Below are positions 37,862 through 47,236 of a stretch of 64,000 bases of DNA, in pieces. This stretch comes from Escherichia phage phiWec187. The DNA is taken from sequence record LC739536.1; one strand, given 5' to 3'. How positions within the stretch are numbered: position 1 is the first letter of the stretch; each line of letters begins with the position of its first letter. The notes beneath the pieces are model-generated. The model had not been told where the DNA came from. It was given only the letters and a program-made list of their open reading frames with translations, and did no database searches. The position numbers and the translations under genes are program-made.

Positions 37862-38254
37862 TTAATTGTCAGCACTTAGTTGTACTTTAATAAGGCAATT
37901 AGGGACACCATTGGTATTTCTCAAGCCTACACGGTCAATTTTAACTGTCCCTGTTAAGCCACTAAAAGTGGAAACAATGTTATTAATGTTTTCATCCTTA
38001 CTAGCGATATCAAGAACAACTTTATCACTAACATTTTTCAGCATACGATCTACAAGCTCTCCCACAAAACCACCGGTAGTTTGAATGAGAAGGTATAGGC
38101 AACCATCCTCAAACCACAAATGTTCACCATAAGCATAACCGTATGGTTCTAACTCCGATCCATCTTGAAATTTAAACTTAGCAACAGTTTTCGTATAATC
38201 ATACCCTAACGCAGAAGGGGATACCCCATAGAGGATATTTTCGTTGTCTTTCAT
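37862..38254 (-). CDS. hypothetical protein; start re-assigned to ATG at 38254
   Basis: ORF track start at 38383 lies inside the primase-helicase gene; internal ATG at 38252-38254 is preceded by AAGGAGA and lies just past the primase-helicase stop. Confidence 0.35.
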   Translation of the reverse strand: MKDNENILYGVSPSALGYDYTKTVAKFKFQDGSELEPYGYAYGEHLWFEDGCLYLLIQTTGGFVGELVDRMLKNVSDKVVLDIASKDENINNIVSTFSGLTGTVKIDRVGLRNTNGVPNCLIKVQLSADN

Positions 38255-38264
38255 ATTTCTCTCC

Positions 38265-40037
38265 TTAATAAAAACCATCAGGAATATTCTCTGGGTTACT
38301 TGTGTATTGATCGTAATCGTGAAGTGTAGCTGTTTTAATCTCATAGAAGAAACTACCTGCTGCACCAGTCTCTGAGAACTCACGGTTCTTTAGAATGTAG
38401 CAATATGTGCGGTTACGTTCCATAGGATCTTCAGCTTGTTTATCACGCTCCAGCGCAATTGTGATACCAGCACCTTTAGCAAGGAAGCTACTACCCATTG
38501 CATCATCTTCTACAATATGTTCATTACTATTGTTAGAAGACTTTTTAACGTGTGAAATTACAACAATGGTAATTGCGTACTCTTTCATAATGCGTTTGAG
38601 CCACGTCGCAAGTTCCTCTTGTTGTGACACGTCCATACCAGAAAGCAAGTCAGAATAAGGGTCGATAACAAGAATGGTTACTCCGAAATAAATAATCATT
38701 TCCAGAACCTTCTCTTTAATCACATCTACGTTAGCCCCACGATCATCACAAACATAGAAACGTGGTGTTCCATCTTCTCGTTCGTAAAAATCACGAATCT
38801 TTTCTTCATTATCTTTTAAAATCTTTTCCTTCTCTTCTTTTGTTTTACGGTGAAGAGGGATGTGCAAGAATGAAGACAGTAAGTTACGAGAATACTTCTT
38901 ATACGTTGCCTCCAAAGATAAAATACCAAGAGTATGTTCTGGGTGTGCAAGAATAATGTGCTTCGTAATCTCGTTAACCAACAGTGTTTTACCGATACTT
39001 GTTTTTGCAAGTATAACAGTAATTTCTTCTTCTACCAAGCCTCCACCTAACATATTAGAAGCAACACGCATGAATGGAGGAAGGGTGATCATTTTAGCTT
39101 CCAGGCATTCCAAGGCTGCTTCATACAGTACGTTAGAAGCATAAACACCAGCAGGTGTGTACAGTTTAGCTTTGAAAAAGCGATCAAGAAAGTGATCAAT
39201 TTTTCCTTCTACTAGTGCCTGGTTAGGATCTTTAACATCCGTTAGTTCCATCACGTAAACTTTATTACGTGGTAAGATTTTAACACATTTCTCAACTGCT
39301 GCACGTCCAGCTTCATCATTATCCATACACAGAACAATCTTTTTAAATTGATCTAAGAATTTATAACGATGTTGAAGCTGCTTATGCAGAGATGTTTCGC
39401 CACAAGTGCCAGATACTACAGCAGGAACAGGATATTTACCGCCCTTGTTATAATCTTTTAGCATCTGTGTTGCAGCCAGCATATCGTGTTCACCACCAAC
39501 GATTAGAATAGTACCGCTGTGGTTACGATATTTAAACTCACCAAAAAGATCACAATCCTTTCCTGTTTCACCGATAGGATGCGAAAAATCTTTTGGATCA
39601 ATACGTTGTTTATACCCAGCAATATTGTAATCTTTAGTTGTAGGGTATAGTGTTGAAATTACTTCGCCAGTAGCTTCATCGTACATATAGCGTACACCGA
39701 AAGGTTTAGAGATATCTTCACGAATACCGCGATAACCTTTTGGATTAGTTCCAGTGCTGGCTTTTAGTTTATCATGTACTTCTGGATTAAACTCACTACC
39801 CAAGATATCCTCCTCTTCAATTTCTTCGCCGTGTGCATTTAACCATTTTTGATCAGGGATAGTAAAGCCACAAGAAAAACAATGTGCTCCTCGATGGTCT
39901 TCATCGGCATCTAAGCCATATACCATCAAATTGTTTTGTGATCGATCACGCCCTCCTTTCATACAACGAGGACACCCAGTATGTCCTTCTTGACTTAAAT
40001 CAATGTTATACCCATATTTATTTACAACATAAGACAC
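38265..40037 (-). CDS. bifunctional DNA primase-helicase (T7 gp4-like)
   Basis: 590 aa; N-terminal zinc-binding Cys motifs (CPRC ... CFSCG), central primase region, C-terminal DnaB-like helicase with P-loop (AKTSIGKT) and Walker B-like VIDPYSDL. Confidence 0.8.
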   Translation of the reverse strand: MSYVVNKYGYNIDLSQEGHTGCPRCMKGGRDRSQNNLMVYGLDADEDHRGAHCFSCGFTIPDQKWLNAHGEEIEEEDILGSEFNPEVHDKLKASTGTNPKGYRGIREDISKPFGVRYMYDEATGEVISTLYPTTKDYNIAGYKQRIDPKDFSHPIGETGKDCDLFGEFKYRNHSGTILIVGGEHDMLAATQMLKDYNKGGKYPVPAVVSGTCGETSLHKQLQHRYKFLDQFKKIVLCMDNDEAGRAAVEKCVKILPRNKVYVMELTDVKDPNQALVEGKIDHFLDRFFKAKLYTPAGVYASNVLYEAALECLEAKMITLPPFMRVASNMLGGGLVEEEITVILAKTSIGKTLLVNEITKHIILAHPEHTLGILSLEATYKKYSRNLLSSFLHIPLHRKTKEEKEKILKDNEEKIRDFYEREDGTPRFYVCDDRGANVDVIKEKVLEMIIYFGVTILVIDPYSDLLSGMDVSQQEELATWLKRIMKEYAITIVVISHVKKSSNNSNEHIVEDDAMGSSFLAKGAGITIALERDKQAEDPMERNRTYCYILKNREFSETGAAGSFFYEIKTATLHDYDQYTSNPENIPDGFY

Positions 40038-40049
40038 ATGATTCTCCTA

Positions 40050-40319
40050 CTAAAATGATTCGTTTGTCTCCATAATATATTGCATTTCCAAATCTTCCAT
40101 ATGTTTCTTAAATTGGTAAACAATTTCCGATGGGGAAATATCTATATCAAAAAGTTCTTTTGTACCAGAATAAAACCTAATACCGTCAACAATAAGGCCA
40201 CCATAATAATCCCAATCACTTTCTCGTGAGAAAGGATTAGGTTCTTCATAATAGTAATCTACTTCAACAATAATAGGTTCTTTATTATCTTGTTTATACT
40301 CAAAATCAAAAGTGTTCAT
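40050..40319 (-). CDS. hypothetical protein
   Basis: 89 aa acidic ORF. Confidence 0.25.
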   Translation of the reverse strand: MNTFDFEYKQDNKEPIIVEVDYYYEEPNPFSRESDWDYYGGLIVDGIRFYSGTKELFDIDISPSEIVYQFKKHMEDLEMQYIMETNESF

Positions 40320-41263
40320 TATAAATCCTCGATAAGCAGTCTGCGGGTTTCATTTAAATCATCAATATTGTAGTTATCTCTTACATACTTAGCAAGAGCC
40401 AATCCTTTCTCAATACAAACATCAGGAGATTCGATTAAGTATTCTACAATATCTTTCCACTCTTTAACTGAATCAGCAAAGAAGATTAGATCTTTAAATT
40501 CTTCAGTATAATAGTTCTCTCGTGGTGAACAAACGAGTGGCAAACCTTTAGCACCAGCTTCAAGAATTTTTAAATTACTTTTGGCATTATTAAAATGATT
40601 ATTTACTAACGGAGCTATGGAGATTTGATGACCATCGTATGCTTCCATATAACACTCATAAGGACGAATACCTTCATAAACACAATCTGGTTGAATATCT
40701 TCTTTAATTTGCAACCATTGAGCACTACTTAACTCTTCGTGATCTCTACGAAATCCACATAAAGTTAAATCTTTACCAAAAGCAGGAAGAATTGCTAAAT
40801 CATGTTTATGGGTTTCACTTCCCGCCCAAACCAGTGGGCTTTTAGAATAACGATCTTTAGTAAGAACAAACTGCCCTTCATCAAAAGGTAGTCCGTTAGG
40901 CACAATATGTACATTATCATTGTATTGGCTTAATTCGACCTTTAATGCTGGAGTTGTTGTAGTTACAAGATCGCTTCTTTCAAGGAACCATTTTAGGTCA
41001 TCTCGGATTTGATTTTCAAATAATCCTTCCAGCATATGCCCTTCAGGAATAATTAAAGAATCATCCAGATCCATTACCAATTTAAACCCAAGTTGTTTAA
41101 GAGCCAGGAAACCTGGCTTTCCACGTGTTGGTACTCCATTGAACACAAAAATATTATGCTTAGGATTAATGGTCAGTTTGCGTTTATATGGCAAAATGAT
41201 TCTATGAAAATCACATACACTATACTTTTCATTTCCGCGTGTGTCAAGAATAATATTAGGCAT
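40319..41263 (-). CDS. glycosyltransferase, GT-B-like (paralog 1)
   Basis: 314 aa; C-terminal KILEAGAKGLPLVCSP resembles the GT1/GT4 nucleotide-sugar-binding region; paralogous to 41275..42249. Confidence 0.45.
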   Translation of the reverse strand: MPNIILDTRGNEKYSVCDFHRIILPYKRKLTINPKHNIFVFNGVPTRGKPGFLALKQLGFKLVMDLDDSLIIPEGHMLEGLFENQIRDDLKWFLERSDLVTTTTPALKVELSQYNDNVHIVPNGLPFDEGQFVLTKDRYSKSPLVWAGSETHKHDLAILPAFGKDLTLCGFRRDHEELSSAQWLQIKEDIQPDCVYEGIRPYECYMEAYDGHQISIAPLVNNHFNNAKSNLKILEAGAKGLPLVCSPRENYYTEEFKDLIFFADSVKEWKDIVEYLIESPDVCIEKGLALAKYVRDNYNIDDLNETRRLLIEDL

Positions 41264-41274
41264 ATAACTCCTTG

Positions 41275-42249
41275 TTAAAGACTTTCAATAACTTGACGAC
41301 GCAGTTCATTGGCATCTGCAAGATTATAATTAAGACGAACGTGTTCTGCAAGCATCATACCACGATCTTCTGTGTATCTAGGGTTCCTCATTAGCTTGAC
41401 AACTTCATAATGCCAAGATGCTTTAGAGTCTGCATAGATAACAGCCTTTGCATCTACCGGATTGAAGTACGGCAGCACAGGAGAACAGATAATAGGAAGA
41501 CCCTTTGCACCTGCTTCCAAAATCTTCAAATTGCTTTTACAGTTGTTGAAGTCATTATCTACCAGAGGAGCAATTGCAATACTGTGACCGTCATACACAG
41601 ACATATACTCACCTAAATTTTTAATAGCTGGTTTATACTGTGCATTTGGAATTTTACGTTTTACTTTAACCCACTCCGCAGTAGTTAGATACTGACTATT
41701 ATTTCCAACAGGTGCAGAAGGATACACTTCATACCCTGCAATTGTCAATAGCGTATCATCAAATGTATTAGCTACAAGAGATAAATCAGGTTCATGGCTT
41801 GCTCCTCCCGCCCAAATAATAGGCGTGTCAGAATAACGGTCTTTTGTCAAAGTAAATTGACCTTCGTCGTAAGGTAGTGCGTTTCTAATAACGACAACAT
41901 TACGATTTAAATGACGAATTTTGTAAGCTAGGTATTCTGTTGTTACAGTAACCACATCTGCTAACTTAATCATCTCTACAATAGTCTTTGAGTGATTAGT
42001 AAATACGCCAGCCATATAATGTTCAGGATTAAGCGAATAAAAATCATCTAAATCAACAATAATCTTAACACCTTGTGCCTTCAGGCGTTTAACCTCGTCT
42101 GATCCACGAGAATACACTCTATTAAAAACTAAAACGTCTTTCTTAGGTTTAAACGTATTTCCAGCAAATGGCATTACAATACGATGGTAATCACAACCAC
42201 TGCCTAACTTATTATCACACTTAAGTACAGGAGTATTAGGATTTACCAT
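41275..42249 (-). CDS. glycosyltransferase, GT-B-like (paralog 2); start re-assigned to ATG at 42249
   Basis: shares CDYHRI and IAIAPLVDNDFNNCKSNLKILEAGAKGLPIICSP blocks with paralog 1; AGGAGG RBS 9 nt upstream of ATG 42249. Confidence 0.45.
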   Translation of the reverse strand: MVNPNTPVLKCDNKLGSGCDYHRIVMPFAGNTFKPKKDVLVFNRVYSRGSDEVKRLKAQGVKIIVDLDDFYSLNPEHYMAGVFTNHSKTIVEMIKLADVVTVTTEYLAYKIRHLNRNVVVIRNALPYDEGQFTLTKDRYSDTPIIWAGGASHEPDLSLVANTFDDTLLTIAGYEVYPSAPVGNNSQYLTTAEWVKVKRKIPNAQYKPAIKNLGEYMSVYDGHSIAIAPLVDNDFNNCKSNLKILEAGAKGLPIICSPVLPYFNPVDAKAVIYADSKASWHYEVVKLMRNPRYTEDRGMMLAEHVRLNYNLADANELRRQVIESL

Positions 42250-42922
42250 ATTTTTGAGCCTCCTCATAAGAGATAAAAGTTTTACCATTGCGAAGATCCT
42301 CCAGTGATTGTTTATATTGTTCCCAGTTTACACCAATCCCCTGTTCTTTCTCTTCTTTTGACAGATTTGCAAAAGGTAAAGGATTGTCTCCAAACACATC
42401 GTCAGGATGGATAAACGCCATAATTCGAATAGGACATGGTACGCCGTGAATACCTCGGTTCAAACCTGCAAGTGGAACGCGCTGAATCCACTCTGCATCT
42501 TCATATCCATAACCGTGGGTGTATGAGCGGAAATAGCCAGCTTTCTCAATAACTGCACGGGAATACATACCAAACTGGCACATGCCTAGCTCCCAAATAA
42601 CTACTTCTCCTTCAATACCTTTTACTTTATCTTTAAAGTATTCAGGCATACCAAAGAAATCCCAACCATTTTCCTTCGCCTGTTTTACAAAATATGTTTC
42701 CCAACCTGGAACAACAGGATAACAATCATCATCAAAAATAAACCAGTAGTCATACCCTTCATCATAAAACTTTTTCATCAGTTCATTACGGGCATATGCA
42801 ACACCTTTTCGTTCACGATCATACTGTACAACAAAAGTAGCATTAGGATCAGTTACAAGATAATCTTTAAGAGGACGCTTACCTACAGTAATAACACCAA
42901 CACCAATTTTTGTATTTTCCAA
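42236..42922 (-). CDS. glycosyltransferase family 2-like (GT-A fold)
   Basis: 228 aa; DxD-type acidic motif FIFDDDCY and downstream YGYEDAEWIQR resembling the GT2 ED...R block. Confidence 0.5.
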   Translation of the reverse strand: MENTKIGVGVITVGKRPLKDYLVTDPNATFVVQYDRERKGVAYARNELMKKFYDEGYDYWFIFDDDCYPVVPGWETYFVKQAKENGWDFFGMPEYFKDKVKGIEGEVVIWELGMCQFGMYSRAVIEKAGYFRSYTHGYGYEDAEWIQRVPLAGLNRGIHGVPCPIRIMAFIHPDDVFGDNPLPFANLSKEEKEQGIGVNWEQYKQSLEDLRNGKTFISYEEAQKYGKS

Positions 42923-42931
42923 AATAACTCC

Positions 42932-43495
42932 TTAAATAATTTTATTCATGTCTTGACAATGTAAAAGGTGTGAAACAGCTTTTCTAGGATCATCATTACC
43001 TAAACGGTATGTGTGAAATAAATATAACCCACGTAGTAAACCTAGCCTTTTATTGTTAGCGTGCAATGCTTTAGAGAAAATTATATCAAACTGTATTGAT
43101 CTTTCCTCAAAAGGAATTTCATTCCACAGACTCTTACGAAAGAGAAGAAAGAATCCTGCTAAGATAGCATCTGTAGGTACTTCCTCTATTGAGTTTCCCC
43201 ATTCTAGATGTGCTCTTTTTGCAATCTCAATGTGGTGTAATATATTCGGATCTTCACTTCTTTCATTATTAAATAATTGATATGTTGATCCCAATCTGTT
43301 ACAAGATGCACCAAGAACATCAAAATCAGGATTTGAACGGACAATTGATTCCAGCCAAGCAGGTTGTTCTGGAAGAAGAAACATTGTATCAATGTCTCTT
43401 AGGCAAATCCAACTATCTTCTGGTAAGACACTTATTGTGTCATTGATACCTTTTCCAATATCTCCAGAAAGATAGGGAGTTATGTGAAATATCAT
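42932..43495 (-). CDS. putative glycosyltransferase (GT-A-like, DxD motif)
   Basis: 187 aa; CLRDIDTMF acidic motif; adjacent to three glycosyltransferase genes. Confidence 0.3.
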   Translation of the reverse strand: MIFHITPYLSGDIGKGINDTISVLPEDSWICLRDIDTMFLLPEQPAWLESIVRSNPDFDVLGASCNRLGSTYQLFNNERSEDPNILHHIEIAKRAHLEWGNSIEEVPTDAILAGFFLLFRKSLWNEIPFEERSIQFDIIFSKALHANNKRLGLLRGLYLFHTYRLGNDDPRKAVSHLLHCQDMNKII

Positions 43496-43552
43496 ACTCC
43501 CTCCGTATTATTACTTTAGCATTTTTAGACTAAAAAGTCCAAATGGTTTTAC

Positions 43553-43747
43553 CTATTGATTACGTTTTGCGAGTTCCATTTGGATAGCTAAACTGTGATC
43601 TCGTGCTTCCATATACTCTTTATATGTTTCATTAAGATGATCACGACAAACATCACGCAGTTTAATCAGTTTATCTGTAGGGATACCACTAAGATCATCC
43701 CAAGATTTTACAACTTCACCAGTATCATTGATCCCAATGGTTTTCAT
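43553..43747 (-). CDS. hypothetical small protein
   Basis: 64 aa ORF. Confidence 0.25.
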   Translation of the reverse strand: MKTIGINDTGEVVKSWDDLSGIPTDKLIKLRDVCRDHLNETYKEYMEARDHSLAIQMELAKRNQ

Positions 43748-44003
43748 CTACAACCTCCTTAATTGCTACAGCACAGTTTTTGCAGATACACTGCCCTTTA
43801 CCTTTAGAAATCTGGATGTAAGGTTCATTTTCATTTTCGCCCTTACGTGAGTCATATATTACAGAATTGAAGCACACAACGCAAATATTTTTTAAGATTG
43901 TATACTTATCAACTTTCTTTTTTGTTTTAAAGTTAACTTCAATAACATCAGCCATCAGTGTAACACTCCCAGTATGTTGCTTTGTGACATAACCATAGAA
44001 CAT
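43725..44003 (-). CDS. hypothetical small Cys-rich protein (possible zinc ribbon)
   Basis: 92 aa with CVVC ... CICKNC. Confidence 0.25.
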   Translation of the reverse strand: MFYGYVTKQHTGSVTLMADVIEVNFKTKKKVDKYTILKNICVVCFNSVIYDSRKGENENEPYIQISKGKGQCICKNCAVAIKEVVDENHWDQ

Positions 44004-44233
44004 TCAACATTATCGTGACTACGTGAAAAACGTTCCCAAACATCTTCATCGACTCGTAAAGCTATACAAGGATAGACGTTATCATTGATCATTTCAATTG
44101 AATAAACATCCACATTGTCTTCGTCTTCGATGAACATCATTGCAAACTGTTCTAAATGTTTCCTAATGTAATGTACATCCTCTTCTGTAAGACCAATAAC
44201 AAGATAACTTGCAACGATAACGCCATCTTTCAT
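43955..44233 (-). CDS. hypothetical small protein
   Basis: 92 aa ORF. Confidence 0.25.
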   Translation of the reverse strand: MKDGVIVASYLVIGLTEEDVHYIRKHLEQFAMMFIEDEDNVDVYSIEMINDNVYPCIALRVDEDVWERFSRSHDNVECSMVMSQSNILGVLH

Positions 44234-44243
44234 CTATATCTCC

Positions 44244-44753
44244 TTAGCGATAGAATTGATGTTCTTTGTAGCGGTACACTAGAACCATATCTTTTTCCCA
44301 GTGTGCTCTTATTGTAGATTTTTTAAAGTATAATGCTCCTTTTGTAATATCTAATGCAATTCGTAATTCTGGAAAATGCGTATCGAGATAAAGTAGACGT
44401 TCTGCTATAGCCTTAGCTTCCTTCCACTTATCACGTTCCATAACGTTGAATGTCTTTGTGTAAGAGAATTGTCCTTTTTGAAACAAAACTTCTTTTATAG
44501 TATCAGGGAAATATGAATCTCTAGCCCTATTCAATACTACATTACCAACAGCAGACATACCGCGCTTTCCTTGATTACGACTTTCTGCATAGATTGCACA
44601 AGCTAATAGATTTTCTTTACTATCACGCTTTGTACACTTGTGAACTACTTTAGCAGTTTTTACGTTTGCAGCTTCGGCTTGCGCCACAACAGGTGTAAAT
44701 GTAAAAGCAGTTAAGGATAGTAACGCAATTGCGACAAAGGTTTTTATTGACAA
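44244..44753 (-). CDS. secreted cell-wall hydrolase (SleB/Hydrolase_2-like), candidate endolysin
   Basis: 169 aa; N-terminal signal peptide with AQA-EA cleavage-like site; LACAIYAESRNQGKRGMSAVGNVVLNR resembles cell-wall hydrolase family 2. Confidence 0.5.
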   Translation of the reverse strand: MSIKTFVAIALLSLTAFTFTPVVAQAEAANVKTAKVVHKCTKRDSKENLLACAIYAESRNQGKRGMSAVGNVVLNRARDSYFPDTIKEVLFQKGQFSYTKTFNVMERDKWKEAKAIAERLLYLDTHFPELRIALDITKGALYFKKSTIRAHWEKDMVLVYRYKEHQFYR

Positions 44754-44846
44754 ACTTGCCTCCTATTTTGTTAAACGAACTTTTATTGTAACACAGAAGA
44801 GGCTGTTTTGCAAGTGGAGGGGGGATTATCCCCCTCTTACACTCTG

Positions 44847-45449
44847 TTAGATATTGTAAACCTTCGTATGAGTTACTACACCATCTTCTACAAAATCAAT
44901 ACGTTCTTGATCCGTAACTAGTGCAGACAACACTTTAAATTTAATTTTTACACGTTCAAAAGCTGGTTGACCATCTTTAAGATAATTATGTTCGGTTGTC
45001 ACTGTCTTGTTTACAAAATCAACTTTCGCTTTACCGTTTTCGCGTAGGTGGAATGTTTTTCCTGCTTTGTACACAATTTCAACATTACCTTCGAGAATAA
45101 TTCCTTCAAAAAGTTCACCCTCTTCTTCATTTTCTTCACTTTTGAACAGACGACGAAACTCTTCCATATCAAGATAAACAACATCTTCAGAATAACTATC
45201 AGTAAGGTATGTCTTACCATCCATTAACCCGAAATATTGCCAGATCGCAGAATAAACATCACTAGTTGATCCAAGGGTTTCTCTGAGTTTAGTTCCACGG
45301 ATTACTTCATAAACTTCAAAATTGAAACCAGACTGCAAAGCATCAAACAGTACATCACTAACTTCTACAGCATAATCTTGATTGTTGTCAACATCCACAA
45401 GAAAATTGCCGCTACGAATAAGTTTTTGACCTTCTAAAGTAATACCCAT
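44847..45449 (-). CDS. hypothetical protein
   Basis: 200 aa acidic ORF downstream of TerD. Confidence 0.3.
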   Translation of the reverse strand: MGITLEGQKLIRSGNFLVDVDNNQDYAVEVSDVLFDALQSGFNFEVYEVIRGTKLRETLGSTSDVYSAIWQYFGLMDGKTYLTDSYSEDVVYLDMEEFRRLFKSEENEEEGELFEGIILEGNVEIVYKAGKTFHLRENGKAKVDFVNKTVTTEHNYLKDGQPAFERVKIKFKVLSALVTDQERIDFVEDGVVTHTKVYNI

Positions 45450-45476
45450 TGTTTTCTCCTCTTTTATTTAAAATAT

Positions 45477-45492
45477 GCGCCCCGAAGGGCGC
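45477..45492 (-). terminator. terminator hairpin after TerD gene
   Basis: stem gcgccc / gggcgc with cgaa loop; minus-strand atatttt follows. Confidence 0.4.
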
Positions 45493-45501
45493 TATGATTT
45501 A

Positions 45502-46098
45502 TTACTCGAACCAATCGTCGCCAGCGCCAAACGCTTTAACTACATCGTAAATGTCAAGCCCAGCTTTACCCACACCATACGCTTTCAGTTTCCATTCGCT
45601 ATCTTCTCGCACCAGGGAGGCAACGTGGCAAATGGTGTTACCTGCAAGTTCTGGAGCCAAGAAGTCAAAGTCCAGCAGTTCAACATTACGTTCATCATCG
45701 AAGATTTTAAGGAAACCTTCGGTAGCGTGACCAAGGCGTTTCTTACCCGTTTCGTCATCAATAGTAATTACGAATGCAATTTCCTGTGCTTCAGCAGAGA
45801 TATTATCCAGTGTAACATCAATCTGCTCCATCTGTCCTACACCATCACGAACATCTTCACCTGCAAAAGTAGAACGTTCAGGATCAAATTTCTGCGCGTA
45901 GCACACCAGGTGACGAGGAGACAACAGTTCCGGCAGACCAGATGCATTGTGTCGGCAAATCAGAGCACTAACATCCAGATCCAGTTTTTCGTTAGATTTC
46001 CAAGAGAATTCCAGACGAATGCGTTTCAGTGCTGGTGCAATCTTTTTCAGAGAAACTTTTTCGCTAGAACCTTTTTTCAGGGAAATTTTCTGAGTCAT
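45502..46098 (-). CDS. terD: TerD-family stress protein
   Basis: 198 aa; ISLKKGSSEKVSLKK, LDLDVSALIC, EIAFVITIDD, SEWKLKAYGVGKAGL align with E. coli TerD blocks as I recall them. Confidence 0.8.
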   Translation of the reverse strand: MTQKISLKKGSSEKVSLKKIAPALKRIRLEFSWKSNEKLDLDVSALICRHNASGLPELLSPRHLVCYAQKFDPERSTFAGEDVRDGVGQMEQIDVTLDNISAEAQEIAFVITIDDETGKKRLGHATEGFLKIFDDERNVELLDFDFLAPELAGNTICHVASLVREDSEWKLKAYGVGKAGLDIYDVVKAFGAGDDWFE

Positions 46099-46170
46099 AA
46101 TTTATTATCTCCTTTGTTGTTAATTTACGTTGTCTATTTTACTAATCTTTTCTACAAAGTCAAGCGTTTT

Positions 46171-46965
46171 TTACGCTTTTGCTCCAAATTTTTTAACCCA
46201 CTCACCAAACTCTTCGGATAGCAGTTTATCGTAAAGTTCTTCGTCAGACAAGGACAAATCTGCAATACCGATAAAATCAACATTATCGTATTCTTTTGCC
46301 AAGTCTTTCAGGAATTTAAAGTTTGCATTACCTACACCAACCATAAACCAGTAAACAGGCGTATTGCGGTGTTTGTTCAGTAAGCTACGTACTGCTGAAG
46401 TATCCATGTTCTCCCCGTCAGTTTGGAAGAAAATCATTGCAGGAGTACGATCAACTTGTGCATCAGTATCTACAACCTGTTCTACAACAGTACGTGTTAC
46501 TTCTACAAGTTCTTTTTTACCAGTTAGTTTAGCAAGGAAACCTTTAGCCGGAACTTCTTCATACTCAACGACTTCGCGTGTAATATTTTTCATAGGTACA
46601 CTACCGAAGTATGTATCATAGATCTCTTGCATTACTGGAGCATAAGCAGTACCACCGTTGATGCAAACATTAGACATGCAAGAGCCGACATAATCATCAT
46701 ACACATCAGCCGTTGCAGGAGGCAGTTCAAAAGAAGAACTATTGAAAGCCCACATGTCAATCTGTGCATTATCATCAAACTTCATACCAAACGGCAGTAG
46801 CTTACCTACAAAATCACTGACAGTGCCATCACGATATAGCTCACACATACTACCCGAAATATCTAAGGCGCTACCGACACGAAGAACAACATCGTTAATC
46901 TTTTTCTTACGCAGAGATACAGTAAGAGTCTCTTGACGTTTTTTAAGACTGATTTTATTGGACAT
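46171..46965 (-). CDS. von Willebrand factor A domain protein (TerY-like)
   Basis: 264 aa; MIDAS-like DISGSM motif after a TerD-like ISLKK N-terminus; adjacent to terD. Confidence 0.55.
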   Translation of the reverse strand: MSNKISLKKRQETLTVSLRKKKINDVVLRVGSALDISGSMCELYRDGTVSDFVGKLLPFGMKFDDNAQIDMWAFNSSSFELPPATADVYDDYVGSCMSNVCINGGTAYAPVMQEIYDTYFGSVPMKNITREVVEYEEVPAKGFLAKLTGKKELVEVTRTVVEQVVDTDAQVDRTPAMIFFQTDGENMDTSAVRSLLNKHRNTPVYWFMVGVGNANFKFLKDLAKEYDNVDFIGIADLSLSDEELYDKLLSEEFGEWVKKFGAKA

Positions 46966-46966
46966 A

Positions 46967-47236
46967 TTATTTCTCCTTTTTGACTGTAATGTTAGTAACT
47001 TCTAAATCCACTTCTACCACTTCTATATCATATAAAATACAGTTAAGTTGACCTCTTTGTGAACCGTTCAGACACATTGCTTGGTTTGTATTAACCTTAA
47101 TAAACACTAAGTTTCTGAACGTATCTAAACCAGCATCTTGATAGGCAAAATAATATACAAATGTATCACCTGCGTCAAGTTCTCCAAAACATTTAGGTTC
47201 ATATGATTCGTCGTCTTTGATATTAAATTTAAGCAC
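46967..47236 (-). CDS. hypothetical protein
   Basis: 89 aa ORF. Confidence 0.25.
   Translation of the reverse strand: MLKFNIKDDESYEPKCFGELDAGDTFVYYFAYQDAGLDTFRNLVFIKVNTNQAMCLNGSQRGQLNCILYDIEVVEVDLEVTNITVKKEK

Noticed and set aside
38255-38383. 5' extension of the 37862 ORF as given by the ORF track
   Set aside because: The extension overlaps the 3' end of the primase-helicase gene by 119 nt; an internal ATG at 38254 with a good RBS gives a non-overlapping gene.
44817-44838. Perfect G/C-rich hairpin (gagggggga / tccccctc) downstream of the cell-wall hydrolase gene as a terminator
   Set aside because: No U-tract follows the stem on either strand, so it is not listed as a terminator; it may still be a regulatory or RNA-stability hairpin.
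45475-46221. 248-aa + strand ORF
   Set aside because: Lies antisense to the terD gene, whose product matches TerD blocks closely; its translation is low-complexity and Phe/Arg-rich with no motif, so it is most likely a shadow ORF.
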